64,000 nt of DNA. Origin: Microthrixaceae bacterium. Lineage in GTDB: Bacteria > Actinomycetota > Acidimicrobiia > Acidimicrobiales > Microtrichaceae. The number at the start of each line of letters is the position of its first letter. Position 1 is the stretch's first letter. Of the stretch, positions 55,082 to 64,000 are shown in pieces. The translations under genes and the position numbers were made by a program. The notes under the pieces are model-generated. The model worked only from the letters and a program-made list of their open reading frames with translations. It did not search any database and was not told where the DNA came from. Where the stretch lies: the NCBI GenBank assembly GCA_049316905.1, contig JBMOJH010000004.1, forward strand, positions 631 to 64,630. Direction: 5' to 3'.

Positions 55082-55879
55082 ATGAGCTCCGTCGACCCCG
55101 GCACCCGCACCCACACCCGCACGACGTCCACCCGCCTCACCACCACCCGGAACGTCATCGGTGGCGCCCTGCTCCTCGTCCTCGCCATGGCGGTGCCCGC
55201 CGCGGCGACCACGAGTACGGCCGCGACGATCATCGCCGAGCCCGGCGGGCCGTGCCTCAGCGGTTACTCGGTCCCGCTCTCGGGTCAGTACAACCAGCTC
55301 TACTCCTGCGTGGGCAACCGCTGGCAGGTCTCGACCGGGCTGGGGACGACCGGGGCCACCGGACCGCAGGGACCCGCCGGGGCGACCGGACCGACAGGAC
55401 CGCAGGGTCCCGCGGGCCCGACCGGGGCGACCGGCGCCCAGGGCGCCACCGGGTCGCAGGGCCCCGCCGGGGCGCAGGGACCGGCGGGGCCGGCGCTCGC
55501 CGCCAAGGGCCTGAGCACCACCAACGCCGTGGCCTTCGGCAACGCCGCCCCGGTGCCGGTGTTCGGGGCCACGGTTCTGACCCCGACCACCGGGACCTAC
55601 CTCGCGAACTTCTCGGTCGGTTTCACCACCAGCGCCGCGGCCCCGATGACCGTGCTGTGCGAGCTGGTCAGGAACGGCAACACCGTGGCGACCGTCTCCG
55701 ACGCCCGTTGGGCCCTGCCGGCCGCGGCCGTCGGGACGACCGGCGGTACCGGCTGGGTGACGGTGACCACCGGGGACGCCGTGACCGTGGCCTGCATCGA
55801 CGAGGACGGGGCGGGCGGTTCCGGCAGCATCGACGCCGCGAACCTCAACCTGATCCCCGTCGCCTCGGTCACCGGCTGA
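55082..55879 (+). CDS. Secreted/anchored collagen-like triple-helix-repeat protein with globular C-terminal domain (BclA-like layout)
   Basis: Basic N-terminus plus a hydrophobic segment ([18 protein letters not shown]). Then come a two-Cys module, 17 uninterrupted Gly-X-Y triplets, and a 127-aa Thr/Ala/Gly/Val-rich C-terminal domain. Confidence 0.7.
   Translation: MSSVDPGTRTHTRTTSTRLTTTRNVIGGALLLVLAMAVPAAATTSTAATIIAEPGGPCLSGYSVPLSGQYNQLYSCVGNRWQVSTGLGTTGATGPQGPAGATGPTGPQGPAGPTGATGAQGATGSQGPAGAQGPAGPALAAKGLSTTNAVAFGNAAPVPVFGATVLTPTTGTYLANFSVGFTTSAAAPMTVLCELVRNGNTVATVSDARWALPAAAVGTTGGTGWVTVTTGDAVTVACIDEDGAGGSGSIDAANLNLIPVASVTG
55343..55495 (+). repeat. Collagen-like (Gly-X-Y)17 coding repeat
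   Basis: The triplets read [51 protein letters not shown]. Confidence 0.85.
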
Positions 55880-55904
55880 CCGGCGGCCGGGCGGCGCGCC
55901 GGGA

Positions 55905-57557
55905 TCAGTCCCCGGCGTGCAGCAGCCCGAAGACGATGCCCTCGGTGAGCGCGTGCCAGGACGCCTCGATGATGTTCGGGCTCACCCCGGTGGTGGTCCA
56001 CGTGCGTTCGCCGTCGGCGAAGTCGACGAGCACGCGCACCACGGCACCCGTGTCGGACAGGCCCGGACCGGTGGCGCCGTCGAGGACGCGCACCCGGAAG
56101 TCGGTCAGGTGGATCGAGGCCAGCGCCGGGTAGCGGCCGTCGAGCGCCGAGCGCAGGGCGGCGTCGAGCGCGTTGACCGGGCCGTTGCCCTCCCCCACCG
56201 CGGCGAGGCGCTCGCCGTCCACCCACAGCTTGACGGTGGCCTCGGTCGCGAGGTCCACCTCGCCGGTGGCCGAGGCCGCACCTTCCCGGTGGTACGAGCT
56301 CACCCGGTAGGCCTCCACGGTGAAGAACTCGTGCTCCCACCCGACGGCCCGGCGCATCAGCAGCTCGAGCGACGCGTCCGCTGCCTCGAACACGTAGCCC
56401 TCGGCCTCGAGCACCTTGAGCCGCTCCGACACCTCGGCCGCGGCCCGGGCGTCGAGCTCCACACCGAACTCCGCGGCCTTCATGGCCATGCCGGCACGAC
56501 CGCCGAGGTCCGAGACCAGCACGCGGGTGCGGTTGCCCACCGCGGCCGGGTCGATGTGCTCGTAGCTCGCACCGCCCACCTTGCCGAGGGCGGAGGTGTG
56601 CAGGCCGCCCTTGTGCGCGAACGCCGAGGAGCCGACGTAGGGGTCGGCAGGGTGCGGCGGCAGGTTCACCAGCTCGGCCACGTGGCGGCTCACCGCGGTG
56701 AGCCGCTCCATGCGGCCTTCCGGCAGCGTGCGCACGCCCAGCTTGAGGGTGAGGTCGGGGATGACGGTCATCAGGTTGGCGTTGCCCGTGCGCTCGCCGT
56801 AACCGTTGACCGTCCCCTGCACCTGCGTGGCGCCGCCCACCACCGCGGCCACCGTGTTGGCCACCGCGCAGCCGCTGTCGTTCTGGGTGTGGATGCCCAC
56901 GGCGGTGCCCTCGAAGTAGGAGACCACCTCGGCAGTGATGCGCTGCACCTGGTGCGGGAGCGACCCGCCGTTGGTGTCACACAGCACAAGGCAGTCGGCG
57001 CCGCCGAGCGCGGCCGCCTCGAGCACCTTCAGGGCGAACTCGGGGTTGGCGCGGTAGCCGTCGAAGAAGTGCTCGGCGTCGAAGAACACCCGGAGGCCCG
57101 CGTCCGCGAGGAACCGCACCGACTCGCCGACCATGGCGAGCCCCTCGCTGAGGGTGGTGCCGAGCGCCTCGGTCACGTGGAAGTCCCAGCTCTTGCCCAC
57201 GATGCAGACCGTCGACGTGCCGGCCTCGACGAGTGCCCGCAGTGTGGGGTCGTCGTCCACCTTCCCGGCCGGGCGACGTGTGGAGCCGAACGCCACGAGG
57301 GTGGACGTGGAGAGGGCCAGCTCCCCGGCCGCGGCGCGGCGGAAGAACTCCTGGTCCTTCGGGTTCGCCTGCGGGTAGCCGCCCTCGATCCAGGCGACGC
57401 CCAGCCAGTCGAGCTGCTCGGCCACGCGGAGCTTGTCCTCCACCGTGAGCGAGATGCCCTCGAACTGCGCGCCGTCGCGCAGGGTGGTGTCGAAAACGTC
57501 GACGGCCTCGGGAAGGCCCGGCGCGCCGCCCACGTCGGGGAGCGGGCCGGCGTTCAT
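55905..57557 (-). CDS. cimA: Citramalate synthase / 2-isopropylmalate-synthase-family enzyme
   Basis: Contains VFDTTLRDGAQFEGISLTVEDKLRVAEQLD. The 550-aa length with a LeuA-dimer-type C-terminus fits CimA-type better than the long actinobacterial LeuA. The symbol is tentative. Confidence 0.75.
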   Translation of the reverse strand: MNAGPLPDVGGAPGLPEAVDVFDTTLRDGAQFEGISLTVEDKLRVAEQLDWLGVAWIEGGYPQANPKDQEFFRRAAAGELALSTSTLVAFGSTRRPAGKVDDDPTLRALVEAGTSTVCIVGKSWDFHVTEALGTTLSEGLAMVGESVRFLADAGLRVFFDAEHFFDGYRANPEFALKVLEAAALGGADCLVLCDTNGGSLPHQVQRITAEVVSYFEGTAVGIHTQNDSGCAVANTVAAVVGGATQVQGTVNGYGERTGNANLMTVIPDLTLKLGVRTLPEGRMERLTAVSRHVAELVNLPPHPADPYVGSSAFAHKGGLHTSALGKVGGASYEHIDPAAVGNRTRVLVSDLGGRAGMAMKAAEFGVELDARAAAEVSERLKVLEAEGYVFEAADASLELLMRRAVGWEHEFFTVEAYRVSSYHREGAASATGEVDLATEATVKLWVDGERLAAVGEGNGPVNALDAALRSALDGRYPALASIHLTDFRVRVLDGATGPGLSDTGAVVRVLVDFADGERTWTTTGVSPNIIEASWHALTEGIVFGLLHAGD

Positions 57558-57573
57558 GGGTGCCTCACCGCCG

Positions 57574-58491
57574 TCATGAGACCAGCTCCACCCAGTCCTT
57601 GTGGCGCTCCACCTGACCGCGCACCGCCCGCGCGTACTCGGTGGCGATCGCGGTGGTGACCGGGCCGGGGCACGTGATCGTGCGGTCGTCGACCGAGTTC
57701 ACCGCGGAGATCTCCGCCGCGGTGCCGCACACGAACATCTCGTCGCAGGTGTAGAGGTCCGAGCGGGTGAGGTCACCCTCCACGCACGGCACGTCCATCT
57801 CGGCGAGCAGCGTCGCGACGGTGTCCTGGGTGATGCCCTCGAGCGCACCGGCGGACTGCGGCGGGGTGATCGCGCGGCCGTTGCGCAGCACGAAGATGTT
57901 CTCCCCCGTGCACTCCGAGACCAGCCCGGCCGGGTTCAGCATGATCGCCTCGTCGTAGCCGGCGCGCAGCGCCTCCACCTTCGCGAGCGACGAGTTCACG
58001 TAGTTGCCGGTGGTCTTCGCCGCCGGCGGCATGGCGTTGTGGTCGTGGCGCAGCCAGGTGCTGATCTTCATGCGCACGCCCTTGGTCAGCGCGTCGTCGC
58101 CGAGGTAGGCGCCCCACGGCCAGCAGGCGATCGCCACGTCCACCGAGCACGGCAGCGTGTTGAGGCCCATCTCGCCGTAGCCGAAGTAGGCGATCGGCCG
58201 GATGTAGCAGGACGGCAGGCCGGAGTCCCGGACCACCAGCTTCGTGGCGTCCACCAGCTCCTCGACGGAGTAGGGCATCTCCATCCCCATGATCTTCGCC
58301 GACTGGTGCAGGCGGGCCATGTGCTCGGTCAGGCGGAACACACCCGGCCCGTCGGGGGTCTCGTAGGCGCGGATCCCCTCGAACACGCCCATGCCGTAGT
58401 GGAGCGTGTGCGTGAGGATGTGGACGTTCGCCCGGTCCCAGGGGACGAGTTCGCCGTTCATCCAGATGTGCTCGGTCGGGGTGATGGGCAT
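57574..58491 (-). CDS. ilvE: Branched-chain amino-acid aminotransferase (class IV)
   Basis: Matching region: IWMNGELVPWDRANVHILTHTLHYGMGVFEGIRAY...YIRPIAYFGYG. Confidence 0.9.
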   Translation of the reverse strand: MPITPTEHIWMNGELVPWDRANVHILTHTLHYGMGVFEGIRAYETPDGPGVFRLTEHMARLHQSAKIMGMEMPYSVEELVDATKLVVRDSGLPSCYIRPIAYFGYGEMGLNTLPCSVDVAIACWPWGAYLGDDALTKGVRMKISTWLRHDHNAMPPAAKTTGNYVNSSLAKVEALRAGYDEAIMLNPAGLVSECTGENIFVLRNGRAITPPQSAGALEGITQDTVATLLAEMDVPCVEGDLTRSDLYTCDEMFVCGTAAEISAVNSVDDRTITCPGPVTTAIATEYARAVRGQVERHKDWVELVS

Positions 58492-58548
58492 CGGTCGGTC
58501 CTGTCTCGCGATGTGATCGGGTGGCGGTCGGGTGGACGGTGGTGCGGG

Positions 58549-59544
58549 TCAGCTCGACACGGCGGCAGCGAGGGCGTCGCCGATCTCGGAGGTGGAACCC
58601 GTGTAGCGGTCGGGCTGCTCGCACGCGGCGGCCACTCGGGCCGCGGCGTCGGCCTCGCCGAGGAACTCGAGCATGAACCCGGCGGAGATGATCGCGGCGA
58701 CCGGGTTGGCCTTCTGCTCGCCGGCGATGTCGGGCGCGGTGCCGTGCACCGGCTCGAACATGGAGGGGCCGGTGCGGTCGGGGTTCAGGTTGGCCGAGGC
58801 CGCGAAGCCCACCCCGCCGGCGACGGCGCCGCCGAGGTCGGTGAGGATGTCGCCGAAGAGGTTGTCGGTGACGATCACGTCGTAGCGCTCGGGCCGCTCC
58901 ACGAAGTGGATGCACGCGGCGTCGATGTGGTCGTAGCCGGTGGTCACGTCGGGGTACTCGGCGGCCACCTCGTCGAAGGTGCGCTGCCAGAGGTCGCCCG
59001 CGAACGTCAGCACGTTCTTCTTGTGGATCAGGTGGAGCTGGTGGCGCTCGGAGTTGCGGGCCCGCTCGAAGGCGAAGCGCACGCAGCGCTCCACGCCCAT
59101 CCGGGTGTTGACCGAGCCCTGGGTGGCGATCTCGTGGGGGGTGCCCTTGCGCAGGAAGCCGCCCTCGCCCGCGTAGGTGCCCTCGGTGTTCTCGCGGATC
59201 ACCTCGCAGTCGATGCGCGGCGGCAGGCGGAACGGCCGGAAGTTGATGTACTGGTCGAGCTCGAAGCGCATCCGGAGCAGGATCCCGCGCTCCACGAGCC
59301 CGGGGGGCGCGGCCACTCCGGGCGCCGGGTCACCCACCGCGCCGAGCAGGAGGGCGTCGAGCCCACGCCACTCCTCGAGCACCTCGTCGGGCAGCACGGT
59401 GCCGTCCTCCAGGTAGCGGTGCGCGCCGAGGTCGTAGTCCGTCCGCTCGTAGGTCACGCCGGTGGCGTCGACCACCTTGAGGGCCTCGGCCACCACCTCG
59501 GGGCCGATCCCGTCGCCACCGATCACACCGATCCTGTGGGTCAT
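58549..59544 (-). CDS. leuB: 3-isopropylmalate dehydrogenase
   Basis: Matching region: [20 protein letters not shown]...[15 protein letters not shown] lies 8 nt upstream of the ATG. Confidence 0.9.
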   Translation of the reverse strand: MTHRIGVIGGDGIGPEVVAEALKVVDATGVTYERTDYDLGAHRYLEDGTVLPDEVLEEWRGLDALLLGAVGDPAPGVAAPPGLVERGILLRMRFELDQYINFRPFRLPPRIDCEVIRENTEGTYAGEGGFLRKGTPHEIATQGSVNTRMGVERCVRFAFERARNSERHQLHLIHKKNVLTFAGDLWQRTFDEVAAEYPDVTTGYDHIDAACIHFVERPERYDVIVTDNLFGDILTDLGGAVAGGVGFAASANLNPDRTGPSMFEPVHGTAPDIAGEQKANPVAAIISAGFMLEFLGEADAAARVAAACEQPDRYTGSTSEIGDALAAAVSS

Positions 59545-59563
59545 CGCTCCAGTCCTGTCCGGG

Positions 59564-59593
59564 AAAAAGAAAACCGTCCACGGGTGTGGACGG
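59564..59593 (-). terminator. Intrinsic terminator CCGTCCAC-accc-GTGGACGG followed by TTTTCTTTTT (attenuator terminator)
   Basis: Read directly on the minus strand, 20 nt upstream of the leuB ATG. It is the only clean stem plus U-tract I found in the window. Confidence 0.7.
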
Positions 59594-59599
59594 TGGGAC

Positions 59600-59622
59600 G
59601 CGCACGCGGGAGCCGCGTGCGC
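59600..59622 (-). promoter_or_regulatory. Perfect 10-bp hairpin GCGCACGCGG-ctc-CCGCGTGCGC overlapping the leader-peptide stop codon
   Basis: Read directly. The first stem base is the G of the TAG stop. Confidence 0.5.
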
Positions 59623-59672
59623 TACGGAATCACTACGACGTTGCCGGCGGTGCCGGTCCGATGCGTCGACAT
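59622..59672 (-). CDS. 16-aa leader peptide [16 protein letters not shown] (Val-Val-Val-Ile run)
   Basis: It appears as the C-terminal tail of spurious track ORF 59622..60092. ATG 59672 lies 7 nt after a TGGTAGAGT extended -10, and the ORF is followed by a hairpin and a terminator. Confidence 0.55.
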   Translation of the reverse strand: MSTHRTGTAGNVVVIP

Positions 59673-59679
59673 GGGCGCC

Positions 59680-59688
59680 ACTCTACCA
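59680..59688 (-). promoter_or_regulatory. Extended -10-like element TGGTAGAGT (leaderless promoter candidate)
   Basis: Minus-strand TGnTAnnnT lies 7 nt upstream of ATG 59672, with no Shine-Dalgarno in between. Confidence 0.4.
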
Positions 59689-59747
59689 AGCGGCACCGGG
59701 GCGTCCGCATCCTCGTTCCGCGGCGCCCCCGCTACGCTCCGGGGCCC

Positions 59748-60221
59748 ATGGCGAACGAGCACCACCTCTCCCAGGCCGCCCACGACCGTCTGAGCGCCGA
59801 GCTGCAGCAGCTCCGGACCGTCGGTCGGGTGGAGATGGCCGACCGGATCGAACGGGCCCGGGAGCACGGTGACCTGAAGGAGAACGCGGAGTACCACGCG
59901 GCCAAGGAGGAGAAGGCGAAGATGGAGGCCCGCGTCGCCAAGATCGCGGGGATCCTCGAGAACGCCGTGATCGTGGAGGACTCGGGGTCGGACGGCACCG
60001 TCGCGGCCGGCAGCGTGGTCACGCTCCGCTACGAGGGCGACGACGAGGACGAGACCGAGCGGTACCTGGTCGGCTCGATCGAGGAACGCCACGACGACCT
60101 CGAGGTCGTCTCACCGCAGTCGCCCCTCGGCGAGGCACTCCTGGGCGCCGAGGTGGGCGACGTTGTCGAGTACGCCGGGCCGGCGGGCACGCTCCGGGTC
60201 GAGGTCGTCGACGTCGAATGA
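59748..60221 (+). CDS. greA: Transcription elongation factor GreA
   Basis: Trimmed to MANEHHLSQAAHDRLSAELQQL...DLKENAEYHAAKEE. Confidence 0.9.
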   Translation: MANEHHLSQAAHDRLSAELQQLRTVGRVEMADRIERAREHGDLKENAEYHAAKEEKAKMEARVAKIAGILENAVIVEDSGSDGTVAAGSVVTLRYEGDDEDETERYLVGSIEERHDDLEVVSPQSPLGEALLGAEVGDVVEYAGPAGTLRVEVVDVE

Positions 60222-60296
60222 CCCAGCTCGACCCAGCTATGTGTCGCATGGAGGTACCGATCAGTGCGTCGACGCGACACAGAGCCGGGGGTGGGG

Positions 60297-61895
60297 TCAG
60301 CCGGAGGTGAACCGGACCTCGGCGCCGAGGACGTCCTCGAGCAGCGCCCGCCGCTCCGAGGCCGTGTAGCGCTCGAGCGAGAGGTCGGCGCCGTCACCGA
60401 GCAGCTCGAGGGTGACGGCATCGCCCTCGTCCTTCACCCGCACCGCCTCCACCGCGGCGTCGTGGTTTCGATCCAGACCGATCGCGACGCGCACGATGCC
60501 GGCCATCGCCCGCACCCGGGCCCGGTCCGCCGGGGCGAGGGCCGCGAACTCCGGGTGCTTCTCCTCCGACGGCGCGCTCTTGCGGTGGTAGCGGGCCACC
60601 TGCGCGATCAGCTCCACCTCCCGGTCGGTGAAGCCCATGAGGTGCTCGGAGTTCCGGATCACGTAGTAGCTGTGCTTGTGGTGCCCGGAGTGGCTCACGA
60701 ACAGGCCGACGTTGGCCAGGAGCGCACCGGCCTCGAGCAGCTCCCGGTCGCGGTCGTCGAGACCGAGGCGGTCGCCGAGCGCGTCGTGCAGTTGCAGCGC
60801 CAGGCGCGACACCTGCACCGAGTGCTCGGGGTCGTCGTCGCACAGCTCCATGAGGTGGAACACGGACCGGCGGCGCAGGTCGCGCAGGTGGTGCAGGGTG
60901 CCGCCCCGCAACCGGTGCAGACCGTCGAGCAGCACCCCTTCCCGCAGTGCGTACTCGGAGATGACCAGTTCCTCGATCCCGAGCGCCTCGCACACCTGCT
61001 CGAGCACCACCGCACCCCCGGGGAGGATGTCGGCCCGGTTCGCGTCGATACCCGGCAGCGTGCGCCGCTCCGCGGTGGTCGGCGCGCCGGCGAGCGCCTC
61101 CACGACCTTGCGCAGCTGGCGGACCGGGAGCACCGCGCCGTTGAGCGAGTTCGGCACGTCGCCGCCCTTGCGGGCGAGAGCCATCGCGGCGAGCGCCTCG
61201 GCAGTGCCGGAGCTGGCGACGGCCACGTCGAACGGCCGGTCGCCGAGCTCGTGGACCATGGGGGCCAGCCGGGCGCGCACGTCGCGACGGCAGCCGGCGA
61301 GCGCGTCGCCGCGCACCTCGCCACCGGGGAAGAACTTGCGGGTCATGCGCAGCGAGCCGAGCTTCACCGAGCGGGCGTACTCGACCCGACCCTCGGCGCC
61401 GAGCAACACCTCGGTGGAGCCACCGCCGACGTCGACGAGGAGCAGCCGGCGGTCGAACAGCGGGAGGGCCTGGAGCACGCCGAGCGAGATGAGGCGGGCC
61501 TCCTCGTAGCCGGAGATCACCTCCACCTCGATCCCCGCCTCGTCGCGGGCGCGGTCGAGGAACTCGGCCGCGTTGCGGGCCTCACGCACGGCCGAGGTGG
61601 CGACCGCGAACACCACCGCGTCCCACGCTTCGGCGACGCTGCGGCACCGGGCGAGCGCGGCAACGCCGCGGTCGATGGCGTCGGGTTCCAGCTCCCGCAT
61701 CTCGCCGCGACCGGAGCCGAGGCGCACCATCTCCTTCTGGCGGGTGATCACCTCGAAGCGGTCCCCGGCGGCCACCCGCGCCACCACCATGTGCACCGAG
61801 TTCGTGCCGATGTCGATGGCCGCCACCACGTCGGGCGTGGTGCTGCGGCGATCGATCGGACCGCTCGCTACAGGGGTCAGGGCCATCACCGCCAC
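60297..61895 (-). CDS. ppx: Ppx/GppA-family exopolyphosphatase/pppGpp phosphohydrolase with HD domain
   Basis: Contains AAIDIGTNSVHMVVARV...LLVDVGGGSTE and the C-terminal HD region HHKHSYY. The start is 61895 (GTG) or 61886 (ATG). Confidence 0.85.
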   Translation of the reverse strand: MAVMALTPVASGPIDRRSTTPDVVAAIDIGTNSVHMVVARVAAGDRFEVITRQKEMVRLGSGRGEMRELEPDAIDRGVAALARCRSVAEAWDAVVFAVATSAVREARNAAEFLDRARDEAGIEVEVISGYEEARLISLGVLQALPLFDRRLLLVDVGGGSTEVLLGAEGRVEYARSVKLGSLRMTRKFFPGGEVRGDALAGCRRDVRARLAPMVHELGDRPFDVAVASSGTAEALAAMALARKGGDVPNSLNGAVLPVRQLRKVVEALAGAPTTAERRTLPGIDANRADILPGGAVVLEQVCEALGIEELVISEYALREGVLLDGLHRLRGGTLHHLRDLRRRSVFHLMELCDDDPEHSVQVSRLALQLHDALGDRLGLDDRDRELLEAGALLANVGLFVSHSGHHKHSYYVIRNSEHLMGFTDREVELIAQVARYHRKSAPSEEKHPEFAALAPADRARVRAMAGIVRVAIGLDRNHDAAVEAVRVKDEGDAVTLELLGDGADLSLERYTASERRALLEDVLGAEVRFTSG

Positions 61896-61948
61896 TGTAC
61901 GTCCGCCCCATCACGACCACGACGCCCGCCCGTGGCAGCATTCGACGC

Positions 61949-63037
61949 GTGAGCGACCCCCCGGCCTGGGACGACGGCTGGGCCCGTGTCTGGGCCGAGG
62001 CGCACGGTGCCGGACCGGCCGCGTCGCTCGTGCCGGCGCGGGTCGTGCGCATCGACAAGGGCGGCATCACCGTGGCCGACGGCGCCGGGGCGGACCAGCT
62101 CGTGGTGGCCGCCAAGTCGGCCCGGCGGGTGGTGGTGGGCGACGTGGTGGCCCTCGACCCCGCTGCCGGCCGCATCGAGGCGATCCTCCCCCGGCGCACG
62201 GTGTTCGAACGCCGCTCCCCCGGTGCCGACCGCGACGACGTGCGGCTCTCGGCCCGCCCGGTCGCCGCCAACATGGACCGGGTCCTCGTGCTGCAGCCGC
62301 TGGACGCCGGGGTGAACCTGGCCCGCCTGGCCCGCGAACTCGTCCTCGCGTGGGAGAGCGGTGCGGTGCCGGTGGTGGTGCTCACCAAGGCCGATCTCGT
62401 GGACCCTGCGACCGTGGAGCACGAACGCGCCGAGGCGGCCCGCTTCGCGCCCGGGGTGGAGGTGGTGGTGGCCTCGACGCGCACGGCAGGCGGCCTGGGC
62501 GCCCTCGGCGACCAGGCCGGACACGGCCGGGTCGTGGCGCTGCTCGGCGCGTCCGGGGCGGGCAAGTCGTCGCTCGCCAACGCGCTCGCCGGTCACCGGG
62601 TCGCGCTCGTGGCCGAGGTACGGGAGGGCGACCGCCGGGGCCGTCACACCACCACCGCCGGCCAGATGATCGGCCTCGCCGACGGAGGCTGGTTGATCGA
62701 CACGCCCGGCATCCGCGGCGTGGGCCTGTGGGCCGCCGACGAGGGCCTCGAGCGCGCCTTCGCCGACCTGCTCCCGTATGCGGAACGTTGCCGCTTCGCC
62801 GACTGCACCCACCGCAGCGAACCGGGCTGCGGGATCGTCGCCGCCGTGGCCGACGGCGAGGTGGCCGCCGACCGCCTGGAGGTCTGGCACCGCCTCATCG
62901 ACGAGCTCGAGGACCTGGAGGCCGGACTGGTCGGCCGCGACCGGGAGCTCGAACGGGAGGACAACCGCCGCTCACGACGGCGGGCCCGGGGCCGGGACGA
63001 GCGCCGTGATCCCGACGACGGTCAGGAGCCGTCGTAG
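61949..63037 (+). CDS. rsgA: Ribosome small-subunit-dependent GTPase A
   Basis: Circularly permuted GTPase: TKADL, GASGAGKSSL and DTPG, with zinc motif CRFADCTHRSEPGC. Confidence 0.9.
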   Translation: MSDPPAWDDGWARVWAEAHGAGPAASLVPARVVRIDKGGITVADGAGADQLVVAAKSARRVVVGDVVALDPAAGRIEAILPRRTVFERRSPGADRDDVRLSARPVAANMDRVLVLQPLDAGVNLARLARELVLAWESGAVPVVVLTKADLVDPATVEHERAEAARFAPGVEVVVASTRTAGGLGALGDQAGHGRVVALLGASGAGKSSLANALAGHRVALVAEVREGDRRGRHTTTAGQMIGLADGGWLIDTPGIRGVGLWAADEGLERAFADLLPYAERCRFADCTHRSEPGCGIVAAVADGEVAADRLEVWHRLIDELEDLEAGLVGRDRELEREDNRRSRRRARGRDERRDPDDGQEPS

Positions 63038-64000
63038 GCGATCCAGGTGTCGCGCACCCGGCTCTCGCCCACCCCCGGCTTCGTCCAGTCGCAGACCCCG
63101 TCCGGGAACACCGCGCGGAGCCGCTCGAGCTGGGCGTCGGTGAGCGTGGTGGCGTACTCGCCGGGCTGGATCGGCCGGAGCCGGCACTTGGCCGCGGTGG
63201 CCTCGAGCGGCTGGCCGGCGGCGCGCCGCGGGTCGCCGGCGAGGGGGTAGGCCTGCGTGCAGGCGTTGTCACCGGAGTAGACGTCGTCGCCGGTGAGCTC
63301 GGCGCCGCCGGGGAGGATGCACCGGTCCTGCGCGGCGACCGGACGGGTGACCCGCAGCTGGCGCTGCCGATCGGCGCTGGCGGGGGTGGATCCCGCCGTG
63401 TCGAGTGCCCGGACCCACTCAGCCGTGGCATCGAGCGCCTGGTTGCGCACGGTGGCGTCACCACCGGACAGCGCGGCCGCCAGGCCGCCGCCGCCCACCG
63501 TCCAGACCCGGAGGTTCTCGGCCCGGCCACCGACGGCGTCGTCGAGGCGCGAGCGGGCGGAGAACACCCTCCAGCGGTCGTGGATGTCACCGGTGGGGTC
63601 GCTGTAGGCGTTGATGGCGATCATCGGGATCCGGGTGGAGTCCCCGCCGCCGGTCAGGATGCGGCCCTTGGAGTAGAGGCGCCGCAGGTCGGGCTCGGCG
63701 GCGACCGAGCGCTGTGGCTGGATGCTCCCGTCGATGTCGTAGCCACCGATCCGCTCGTTGAGCCGCACGAACTGCTCCGCGGTGATGACCTTGTCCTCCA
63801 GGGCCTGTAGCCCGTACTGCACCCCGACGTTGTCGATCGGCCGCGTCGCGAAACCGGTGGCCGGGTCGGTGCCGAACAGGTTGCGCGCCGAGTCCTGCAG
63901 GGTGCAGCGGGCGCCGGTGCGGTTGCGCACAGGGTCGTAGACCGCCTCGGGCGGCAGGTCGCAGCCGGTGGTCGGGTCGATCGTGGTGAGGAACGACGCC
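63022..64000 (-). CDS. Hydrolase-like protein (tannase/DUF6351-like, tentative); N-terminus cut by window edge
   Basis: The track ORF starts at 63930, but the frame stays open to 64000 (ASFLTTIDPTTGCDLPPEAVYDPVRNRTGARCT...). It contains DNVGVQYGLQALEDKVITAEQFVRLNERIGGYD. The family call is from memory only. Confidence 0.55.
   Translation of the reverse strand, partial: ASFLTTIDPTTGCDLPPEAVYDPVRNRTGARCTLQDSARNLFGTDPATGFATRPIDNVGVQYGLQALEDKVITAEQFVRLNERIGGYDIDGSIQPQRSVAAEPDLRRLYSKGRILTGGGDSTRIPMIAINAYSDPTGDIHDRWRVFSARSRLDDAVGGRAENLRVWTVGGGGLAAALSGGDATVRNQALDATAEWVRALDTAGSTPASADRQRQLRVTRPVAAQDRCILPGGAELTGDDVYSGDNACTQAYPLAGDPRRAAGQPLEATAAKCRLRPIQPGEYATTLTDAQLERLRAVFPDGVCDWTKPGVGESRVRDTWIAYDGS

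Noticed and set aside
55300-55590. Antisense 96-aa ORF across the collagen-like repeat (also Gly/Pro/Ala rich).
   Set aside because: It is a mirror image of the Gly-X-Y coding repeat. It has no start context or signal sequence. The sense ORF has a complete anchor/stalk/head architecture.

Overview
This 64-kb segment is very GC-rich (by eye well above 65% G+C, with third codon positions almost all G/C). It reads as core chromosome of an Actinomycetota-type genome. Markers for that call:
- an imuA'-imuB SOS mutagenesis cassette behind a perfect TCGAAC-N4-GTTCGA box
- gpsA divergent from the F420 gene cofC/fbiD
- DprE1 next to a decaprenyl-phosphate phosphoribosyltransferase
- truncated haemoglobin O
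- gltX followed by tRNA-Gln and tRNA-Glu
- leuB-ilvE-cimA, greA, ppx, rsgA, metG and rnhB

The window also holds a CUT1-type sugar ABC transporter, a two-component system, a PAS-GGDEF-EAL protein, GH38 and GH5 glycosidases and a P450.

I support about 58 protein genes (two cut by the window edges) and 2 tRNAs. I also list a few hairpin terminators, several operator-like palindromes and many short tandem repeats. I see no rRNA, CRISPR array, transposase, integrase, phage gene or recognisable defence gene.

Many six-frame track entries are antisense or out-of-frame shadow ORFs typical of high-GC DNA. Others are chimeras with spurious N-terminal extensions. I trimmed starts where the protein sequence made the real start evident.

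Hunt result: I could not substantiate a novel multi-gene system; most of the window looks like housekeeping DNA. The best leads are:
1. An unlisted leaderless Val/Ile-rich leader peptide plus terminator (attenuator) in front of leuB-ilvE-cimA.
2. A secreted collagen-like (17 Gly-X-Y) protein with a BclA-like layout.
3. An SOS-boxed imuA'-imuB cassette where the usual dnaE2 slot holds a formyltransferase-like/beta-propeller fusion gene.
4. Tandem repeat arrays in promoter regions (12 bp x6, 11 bp x5).
5. Three separate tandem duplications that each span a stop codon.
6. A CmcJ-like oxygenase/P450 divergent pair.
7. A DprE1 carrying Ala at the benzothiazinone-target Cys position.

All family assignments come from motif recognition by eye. 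No searches were run.
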